DNA of 64,000 nucleotides from a bacterium (GTDB lineage Bacteria; UBA10199; 2-02-FULL-50-16; JAJFLM01): NCBI GenBank assembly GCA_965216315.1, contig CBDCFN010000015.1, positions 64,001 to 128,000 of the forward strand, read 5' to 3'. Shown piece by piece: positions 57,480 to 64,000 of this stretch (position 1 is its first letter; each line of letters starts with the position of its first letter). The notes under the pieces were generated by a model. It saw only the letters and a program-made list of their open reading frames with translations, ran no database searches and was not told where the DNA came from. The position numbers and the translations under genes were made by a program.

Positions 57480-58769
57480 ATGAGTGAGACAGCACAAATC
57501 AAACTTGGGGATAAAGAATATGATCTGCCCATATTGACGGGTACGGAGGATGAGCGTGCGATTGACATCCGAACGCTGCGTAAAAAGACCGGGCATATCA
57601 CCTATGACCCCGCTTACGTCAATACGGGGGCGTGCCGTTCAAGCATCACGTTTATTGATGGAGAAAAAGGAATACTCCGTTATCGCGGCATCCCCATCGA
57701 AATACTCGCGGATCATGCGGATTTCATCGAGACCGCGTATCTGTTGATCTATGGGCAGTTGCCCAACCAAGAACAGCGCAAAAAATTCAGCGATGATTTG
57801 ACATATCACTCTCTGATTCACGAAGACATGAAGAATTTCTTCAATGGTTACCCGGTCACGGCTCATCCCATGGCGATATTGTCCGCGATGGTCGGTTCGC
57901 TATCCGCTTACCATCCGAACGCGATCGATCCCGATATTTCTGAGCAAGATTCAGATCAGAATTATATTCGACTGCTCTCTAAAGTCCGAACGATAGCGGC
58001 CGCATCGCATAAGAAATCGATCGGGCAACCGATCATTTACCCGAGAAACGATCTCTCTTATTGCGCTAATTTTCTCTATATGACGTTTGCCGTTCCCTCC
58101 GAACCCTATGAAATAGACCCGGAAGTGGTTAAGGCACTGAACCTGTTATTGATCGTTCACGCCGATCACGAACAAAATTGCTCGACGTCCACAGTCCGGC
58201 TGGTCGCTTCTTCGAGAGCGAATATTTTTGCAGCCATCTCCGCCGGGATCAGTGCTCTCTGGGGGCCACTCCACGGAGGCGCCAATCAGAAAGTCATTGA
58301 AATGCTGGACCGTATTGAACGGGAACACCTCAAAGTCAGCGATATCGTAGCTGCCGCGAAGGAAAAAGACAGTTCATTTCGTTTAATGGGATTCGGACAT
58401 CGCGTCTATAAAAATTATGATCCACGGGCCAAAATATTAAAGGCTTCTTGTGACAAGATCTTCCAAAAACTGGGATACAAAGATCCCTTGCTGGAGATCG
58501 CAAAAGAACTGGAGGAAAGAGCCCTGAATGATTCTTATTTCATCGAAAAAAAATTATATCCCAACGTCGATTTCTATTCAGGTATTCTCTATCGTGCCTT
58601 GGGCATTCCTACAAACATGTTCACGGTTATGTTTGCTTTGGGACGACTGCCCGGATGGATCGCACATTACAAAGAATTAATGGCCGACCCTGAATTCAAG
58701 ATCGGAAGGCCGCGGCAACTTTATAGCGGTAATACGGAAACGCCCTATACGTCGATCGAATCGCGCTAA
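57480..58769 (+). CDS. gltA: Citrate synthase (type II)
   Basis: GILRYRGIPI, HADHEQNCST, GPLHGGAN, GFGHRVYK, YPNVDFYSG. Confidence 0.97.
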   Translation: MSETAQIKLGDKEYDLPILTGTEDERAIDIRTLRKKTGHITYDPAYVNTGACRSSITFIDGEKGILRYRGIPIEILADHADFIETAYLLIYGQLPNQEQRKKFSDDLTYHSLIHEDMKNFFNGYPVTAHPMAILSAMVGSLSAYHPNAIDPDISEQDSDQNYIRLLSKVRTIAAASHKKSIGQPIIYPRNDLSYCANFLYMTFAVPSEPYEIDPEVVKALNLLLIVHADHEQNCSTSTVRLVASSRANIFAAISAGISALWGPLHGGANQKVIEMLDRIEREHLKVSDIVAAAKEKDSSFRLMGFGHRVYKNYDPRAKILKASCDKIFQKLGYKDPLLEIAKELEERALNDSYFIEKKLYPNVDFYSGILYRALGIPTNMFTVMFALGRLPGWIAHYKELMADPEFKIGRPRQLYSGNTETPYTSIESR

Positions 58770-58785
58770 TGTCTTGTTTTAAAAC

Positions 58786-59169
58786 TCAGTAGGTATCTTT
58801 GGGGTCGAAAACCGGCTCGCCGACGAATTTGAGCTCTCCGTCTTCGAGTTTTCGATAAAAGCAAGTCCGATAGCCGACATGACAGGCCGCGACGTTCTGC
58901 TTCACCTTGATCAGGATGGCATCCATATCACAGTCGACGTAGACCTCTTTGACCTCTTGGGTATGGCCGGAGGACTCCCCCTTGACCCAATACTTTTGCC
59001 GCGAGCGCGACCAAAAATTGGTATACGGCCCTTCGAGGGTCGCCTTGAGCGAATCCCGGTTCATGTAGCCAACCATCAAGAGTTCGTTATTATCAATGTC
59101 CTGAATGATCGCCGTCACCAGACCCTTGTCGTCGAATTTCACCTGATCGAGGATGTCTTCTAAACTCAT
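58786..59169 (-). CDS. hisI: Phosphoribosyl-AMP cyclohydrolase
   Basis: WSRSRQKYWVKGESSGH, DCDMD, ACHVGYRTCF. Start ATG 59169. Confidence 0.93.
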   Translation of the reverse strand: MSLEDILDQVKFDDKGLVTAIIQDIDNNELLMVGYMNRDSLKATLEGPYTNFWSRSRQKYWVKGESSGHTQEVKEVYVDCDMDAILIKVKQNVAACHVGYRTCFYRKLEDGELKFVGEPVFDPKDTY

Positions 59170-59237
59170 GGGAGGAGTTCTCGCTAAAGCCCGCTCATTT
59201 GTCAAATTGAAGGGTTACCCGGGCGCTCTGATAGTTA

Positions 59238-59263
59238 GCAACTTTCCCGCCCTCTGACCGAAA
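59238..59263 (+). promoter_or_regulatory. Shared motif copy 7: GCAAC-N16-CGAAA, 22 nt before ATG 59286
   Basis: gcaac tttcccgccctctgac cgaaa ttcaggcctgggaccagggttt ATG. Confidence 0.65.
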
Positions 59264-59285
59264 TTCAGGCCTGGGACCAGGGTTT

Positions 59286-61358
59286 ATGGGAATCTACACA
59301 CTCGCAGCACCACTCAGCACGACGACGTTGGCGGCCAGCTCCTTCCAAAACTGGTCACTGCGGCTCTATGGCCGGGCCGTAACCCTCGGGGAGCGGACCC
59401 AGCAACTCGCCCAAGAGACGGGTTTGAGCGACTTTTTGCTCGGCCCGGATGGGAGCCGCCGCCGTGATCTCCTGGCGCGCACCCCCAAACTCAGCTCCCT
59501 CGTTCAAAGCCATGACGGCCTGCGGACCTTTCATCTTCAGGGTCGGCTCTCCGTCTATCCGCAGGTCACCCAACATCCTCATTGGGTCGAGCTGATTACC
59601 CTACTCGCCGGACCGACAAGTGTGGGCCTCGATGGCCACCCTCGTATCCACCGGGAAAGCTTCCAACAATTCCTTCAACATATTCCCCACGTCCTCGCTG
59701 ACGGGGCTGAACTCTTGGACTGGCTGGACGCGCTCGAAAAGGTACTGCCGGAAGCCCTGCGCACGAGCGAGGAAGATGCTCATTCGATGCAACGGGCTAT
59801 TCGTGCCACGCGCACCATGATTAACACGGCTTCGGTGACGGCACCACCGGATATGTGGTTGCTCCGCCAAATACTTTCGACGCATGAAGAACTAGGCCTC
59901 TTGCAGGACTTGAATAGCGGCATGACGATTAACGTCGCCGAGTACGCCGCGCGTAACGAGTTGGATGAACGTCAACTCGGCATCGACCTCGAGTTTCTCT
60001 TCGCGCGCGGTTACCTCGACCGTACCCCTCAAGGCTATGTCAAGACCACCTCAACCGCCTCCTACGTCCTTGAAGAGATCGTGGCCCTCCCGACTCAATA
60101 TCGCACGGACATGACTGGCGAATTGATCAGCTGGTTCAAAGGTGAGACCGGACTGGCCCGGGAAGAGTTGATTGAAGGCTGGCTGGGAAGCCGCATCGCC
60201 AGCCGCACACCAACCGCCGGCTGGACCGCATCGACCCATGAAATAGAGATTGGCTATCGTGTTGTCCCCTTAGTCCTTGCCCTTAATGCTGCAGGTTTAT
60301 TGAAAGGTATCCGGCGCGGTCGCGAGTTTAATCCCCCTCATTTTACTCTTGAGATGAAGCAGCTCTTTGAAGAGGCGGGCATTTTAAGCGAGGGAAAAGT
60401 AACGTCCTTAGGCCTGCGCATGCTCAGGCGTGGTCCCGGCCCTTTCGGCATCATCGGAACCTATCATACCTATACAACCCAACACACACAGCTCCTGCAA
60501 GCGAATGGCCTCAAACCACATGTGCAGCGCGGACCGAATGTCGCTGCCAGTCGCGATGCGAATCGCCGTGACTTTGAAAATGGAGTGCGTCAACTGGAGA
60601 AGTATTTCGAAGCTACAGACTGGCAACCAACGGTCGTGATTGAACATGCCTTGGGTCATGGGGTCGCCATTCAGGAATTCGTCAAACGCTTTGGCGCAGA
60701 CGGCCTCCGTTTCTTCGGTTTTGATTACGAAGCCAAGGCCCTCGATGCCGCCAAGGGTGAGCAAGCAGCAGGCACACTACCCGCTAATATGACTTTCGCC
60801 CCTCCAACCGATATCGCCAAACCCGAACGACTGATCAAATTCCTCAGCCTGTCTTTAAGCGATCGGGATTTATCTGCTTTGAGCGAGGATGAGTTATCCA
60901 CCCTCATGAATGAACCCTTAACTGAGGAAGACTTTGCACGTGTTCAACAAGAACGCATCGTCATGATCGTTGGTGCCGGATTCCATGAAGCACGTTTGGA
61001 TGACGACGCGTTGGTAGAAAAACTCAAACTTTATCGCCAAGCCGGCATCCTGATGATGCCGGTCGAGGCCTCGGCCCTGACGACACCAATGCAGCGGGCC
61101 AGTGCCTGGCAAAGTTACAACGCCGGTTTTACCTGGGTCCATGAAACATCGGGACAGCGCCTCCGCTCTCCTGTGCGCTATACATCTCCCCATCATCGCC
61201 ACAGCTGGCCTGACTTGTTTCAGGCGGCGGGTTACCGCATCGAAGAACATTATTCTCAAGGTACCCGTCCTCTCTTTCCTTACGTCGCACCCAGGCCGGA
61301 GAATCCACCGATCAGTTATACATTCCTGGCTGTTCCCCGAGCGACAAAAGAGATCTAG
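59286..61358 (+). CDS. Orphan protein with winged-helix-like and class I SAM-methyltransferase-like domains (AprA-MT-like)
   Basis: HVQRGPNVAAS, QPTVVIEHALGHG, FFGFDYEAKAL, GAGFHE; first 25 residues uncharged. Confidence 0.65.
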   Translation: MGIYTLAAPLSTTTLAASSFQNWSLRLYGRAVTLGERTQQLAQETGLSDFLLGPDGSRRRDLLARTPKLSSLVQSHDGLRTFHLQGRLSVYPQVTQHPHWVELITLLAGPTSVGLDGHPRIHRESFQQFLQHIPHVLADGAELLDWLDALEKVLPEALRTSEEDAHSMQRAIRATRTMINTASVTAPPDMWLLRQILSTHEELGLLQDLNSGMTINVAEYAARNELDERQLGIDLEFLFARGYLDRTPQGYVKTTSTASYVLEEIVALPTQYRTDMTGELISWFKGETGLAREELIEGWLGSRIASRTPTAGWTASTHEIEIGYRVVPLVLALNAAGLLKGIRRGREFNPPHFTLEMKQLFEEAGILSEGKVTSLGLRMLRRGPGPFGIIGTYHTYTTQHTQLLQANGLKPHVQRGPNVAASRDANRRDFENGVRQLEKYFEATDWQPTVVIEHALGHGVAIQEFVKRFGADGLRFFGFDYEAKALDAAKGEQAAGTLPANMTFAPPTDIAKPERLIKFLSLSLSDRDLSALSEDELSTLMNEPLTEEDFARVQQERIVMIVGAGFHEARLDDDALVEKLKLYRQAGILMMPVEASALTTPMQRASAWQSYNAGFTWVHETSGQRLRSPVRYTSPHHRHSWPDLFQAAGYRIEEHYSQGTRPLFPYVAPRPENPPISYTFLAVPRATKEI

Positions 61359-61406
61359 CTGAAAGCCATAATCCCGTATCGTCCGAGACTGGCAAAATGG
61401 CCACGG

Positions 61407-62702
61407 TTAACTTAAGACTTCGAAACGAAATTCGGGTAGCGAGAGGTAATACTCACCCTCCTTGCAGGTAAAACCACCTAAATCATCCCCCGGTAATGCA
61501 ATCCCCCACCACTGGTTGCCATTCGCTTCCGGCCATTGCTTCCGATATCTATCCAGGATACCCAATTTGATATTCGACAAGACCTCATACTGATCTCCAT
61601 ACCAATAGCCTTTCATCTTCATGTAGCGAAAGCGGAAGATATACATGGCCAGTCCTAACCATTGAATCTGTGTCTCCTTATCGCGATCAAGCTTAAACGA
61701 GCGCTTACAAGACATTCCCTTCATCTCGTAATCTGTGTCGATGGTTGAAACCGACACGGCCTGGACTTTTCCATCCAATGTTCTTGCCACAATGAAAAAC
61801 GATTCGTTGTTTATTTTTCGCTCAGGCGTCGCACAGCCGTTAAATTCTTCAAGAAGAACACCTTCCAACATGTACTGCGCCTGTTGATAGGTAACGCGTT
61901 CAATGATGACAGGACAAGCTTGCCCCTGTCTTTTTAAGACAAACTTGAGTGCATGATAATCGAGATGCACATGGGCTCCGAATCGGAGTGCCGCTTCAGG
62001 TGTAATTTCCGGCACGGTAAAGGCATCGGGGTCAACGTACGTACGACCTTCATAGGCAGCAATACGTCTATCAAGCCTTTTTCCGCCAGCGATACAGTCG
62101 TTTACTATCGCACACAGCTCGGTACGTGTCGCCCCTCCATGCATTGCCGCCGTTAATAGATCCAACGGATGAAATTTTGGCAAATTCGCACTACACAGAC
62201 ACGATATAAACTGAAAAACCGAAAGACGATCCGATTGAAAGAGCGTCAACAGCTGATTAATCGTCGGGGCGGCCGTCGGATCCATTAGCATGGATTCCAT
62301 CGCCGGTATGAACCTATTCAATTTCACCCGATGGCCCAGATTGCGGGTCTCGCTCTGAAAAAGTCGCAGCATAGCGAGACTCTGATCACTGGTCAGGATT
62401 TCACGTCTTTCTTGCCCTGATGCCGCGCTCAAAATCCGTAGCACCTGTTGGCCCAGATTATCATCACGCCACAGGGCTTGAACGACGGGTGTTGAAGTCA
62501 GTGCCCGCAGTGACGTCAAACTCTGCAGCGGCTCTTGTTCGAGACCGTGTAGATCTTCCAGAACTTGCTCAACGCGCTCCGCACTTTCGATATGAGTGAC
62601 CTGCGCGGAAAGAGCCTGTTGAAAATGCGCTAGCGAAACAATGGAGGCACTTGCGCACAAACTAGCAGAATTCAAAAATAGGCTGGGGGCGGCACTCAGC
62701 AT
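61407..62702 (-). CDS. Orphan protein; C-terminal region possibly GNAT-like
   Basis: 431 aa; FFIVARTLDGKVQAVS and QWLGLAMYIFRFRYMKMKG suggest GNAT (weak); no D/E/K/R in first 38 residues. Confidence 0.65.
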   Translation of the reverse strand: MLSAAPSLFLNSASLCASASIVSLAHFQQALSAQVTHIESAERVEQVLEDLHGLEQEPLQSLTSLRALTSTPVVQALWRDDNLGQQVLRILSAASGQERREILTSDQSLAMLRLFQSETRNLGHRVKLNRFIPAMESMLMDPTAAPTINQLLTLFQSDRLSVFQFISCLCSANLPKFHPLDLLTAAMHGGATRTELCAIVNDCIAGGKRLDRRIAAYEGRTYVDPDAFTVPEITPEAALRFGAHVHLDYHALKFVLKRQGQACPVIIERVTYQQAQYMLEGVLLEEFNGCATPERKINNESFFIVARTLDGKVQAVSVSTIDTDYEMKGMSCKRSFKLDRDKETQIQWLGLAMYIFRFRYMKMKGYWYGDQYEVLSNIKLGILDRYRKQWPEANGNQWWGIALPGDDLGGFTCKEGEYYLSLPEFRFEVLS

Positions 62703-62709
62703 GAGTTCT

Positions 62710-62736
62710 TATCCCCTATAGATTTCAAATAGTTGT
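62710..62736 (-). promoter_or_regulatory. Shared motif copy 8 (weakest): ACAAC-N17-GGATA, 7 nt before ATG 62702
   Basis: Minus strand reads acaac tatttgaaatctatagg ggata agaactc ATG; overlaps an IHF-like site. Confidence 0.4.
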
Positions 62737-62770
62737 GATCTGAGCCTTGCGAGAATTTTCGAAAGCGCGC

Positions 62771-64000
62771 TTAAGCCTTCTCGACACGCTTTCCTTTGCC
62801 GTAGTTGGGATCGATCTTATACTGCTTGATCTTGAGATAAATCGTGCGTCGCGCCACTTGAAGCAGTTCCGCCGCCTTCATTTTATTGCCGTGGCACCTA
62901 TCTAAAGCTGCCATGATCAGGCGCTTTTCGATCGGGGCAATCGCCGCTTCGAGGCTCCCGAGGTGGCTGAAGCTGCGCTCTTGTTGGGCGGCCTCGAGGA
63001 TGTGCGGACTCAGCAATGACGGGCCAACCACATCGGCACCCAAGACCATGAGTCGATGCATCTCATTCTGCAACTCACGAATATTTCCCGGCCAGGGATA
63101 ATCCATTAACGCGCGTATCGCTCCTTTACTAAGCCGAAGCTTACGTTTGCCAGCTTCTTGGGCCGCTTGTTCTAGAAAATGCTCGGCTAGCAATAGGATA
63201 TCTTCACCGCGCTCGCGCAGCGGTGGCACATTGATTTGAACGACATTCAAGCGATAATAAAGATCCTTACGAAACTCCTGCCGGGCCACCATGGCCTTAA
63301 TATCACGGTGCGATGCCGTGATAATCCGCACGTCGACTTTCTGGTAGTCACGCCCACCCACCCGGCGCACCTCGCCTTCCTGCAATACGCGTAATAACTT
63401 CGCCTGCATGCCCAATGACATGTCACCTACTTCATCGAGAAAAAGGGTACCCCGGTGAGCCATCTGGAAGAGACCGATCTTATTATTATCAGCACCGGTA
63501 AAAGCGCCCTTCACATGTCCGAACAACTCGCTTTCCAGCAGGGTTTCGGCAAGGGCGGCACAGTTTTCCGTTATGAACGGCGCAAAATTGCGGGGACCAT
63601 TGTAATGCAAGGCCTGGGCAATCAGTTCCTTTCCGGAACCCGATTCACCGTGAATAAAGACCGGACTATGGGTCTGGGTCACGCGATCCAAGGTCACAAG
63701 AACCTTTTTGAGCGCCGGACTCTTCCCGATGATATTATCATAGCTGTATTTGAGGCGAAGCTCCTCGTGCTCACGCTTCATGCTCTCACGGGCCGCCTCC
63801 AAATGCTGGAGACTTTCGTGTAGATCTTGTTCGAGGCGTGCATTGAGGCTCTCAATCGTTACCTTGGAACGCTCCAGTTCTTCGATCTTCCTTTCGTTAT
63901 CGCGGTGCAGACGCGTGTGCTCAAGAATCAATGATGCTTGATCCGCCAAAGACTCAATCATCTGTAAATGTTCGGACTTCAAGACACCGGGGCGGAAGCG
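62771..64000 (-). CDS. Sigma54-dependent enhancer-binding protein (end of GAF, AAA+, Fis HTH); 5' end outside window
   Basis: GESGSGKE, ESELFGHVKGAFTGA, LFLDEV, WPGNIREL, C-terminal HTH; frame open to window edge. Confidence 0.93.
   Translation of the reverse strand, partial: RFRPGVLKSEHLQMIESLADQASLILEHTRLHRDNERKIEELERSKVTIESLNARLEQDLHESLQHLEAARESMKREHEELRLKYSYDNIIGKSPALKKVLVTLDRVTQTHSPVFIHGESGSGKELIAQALHYNGPRNFAPFITENCAALAETLLESELFGHVKGAFTGADNNKIGLFQMAHRGTLFLDEVGDMSLGMQAKLLRVLQEGEVRRVGGRDYQKVDVRIITASHRDIKAMVARQEFRKDLYYRLNVVQINVPPLRERGEDILLLAEHFLEQAAQEAGKRKLRLSKGAIRALMDYPWPGNIRELQNEMHRLMVLGADVVGPSLLSPHILEAAQQERSFSHLGSLEAAIAPIEKRLIMAALDRCHGNKMKAAELLQVARRTIYLKIKQYKIDPNYGKGKRVEKA

Noticed and set aside
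1..64000. CRISPR arrays, rRNA, IS elements
   Set aside because: No regularly spaced direct repeats, rRNA-like sequence or transposase ORFs seen.

Overview
A 64-kb chromosomal segment of about 50% GC from a deltaproteobacterium-like organism. This assignment is inferred from the recR-mglA, glyQS-ppdK and mfd-surA-pdxA gene orders, the argH-lysA-dapF-dapA-dapB-dapL-folK operon and two TIGR02147 paralogs. The backbone is housekeeping: dnaX-ybaB-recR-mglA, tal, lysine/arginine biosynthesis, rho, glyQS, ppdK, smc, uvrA, mfd operon, gltA, hisI and tRNA-Ser(GGA). I found no CRISPR array, rRNA, transposase, integrase or prophage. The main observation is that eight stand-alone accessory genes scattered between these operons share an upstream bipartite motif, RCAAC-N16-CGAW(A/G), 7-22 nt before the start codon. 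It looks like an alternative-sigma promoter. The genes encode a patatin phospholipase, a GH24 lysozyme without phage context, a tandem RNA-polymerase alpha-CTD-like protein, a 1383-aa TPR/hydrophobic/ParB/kinase toxin-like protein, two methyltransferase-like proteins, a degenerate AAA+ protein and a possible GNAT. Several have long uncharged A/S/L/T/P-rich N-termini rather than Sec signals. I interpret this as a candidate dispersed, co-regulated antibacterial effector regulon (inference). Other notable items are an MglA lacking its catalytic Arg/Gln with no adjacent mglB, DnaA-box clusters and a tandem NrdR-box pair before smc, a probable ATC start for pdxA, widespread leaderless promoters, and a duplicated TIGR02147-lipoprotein module. 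All calls were made by eye, without database searches.
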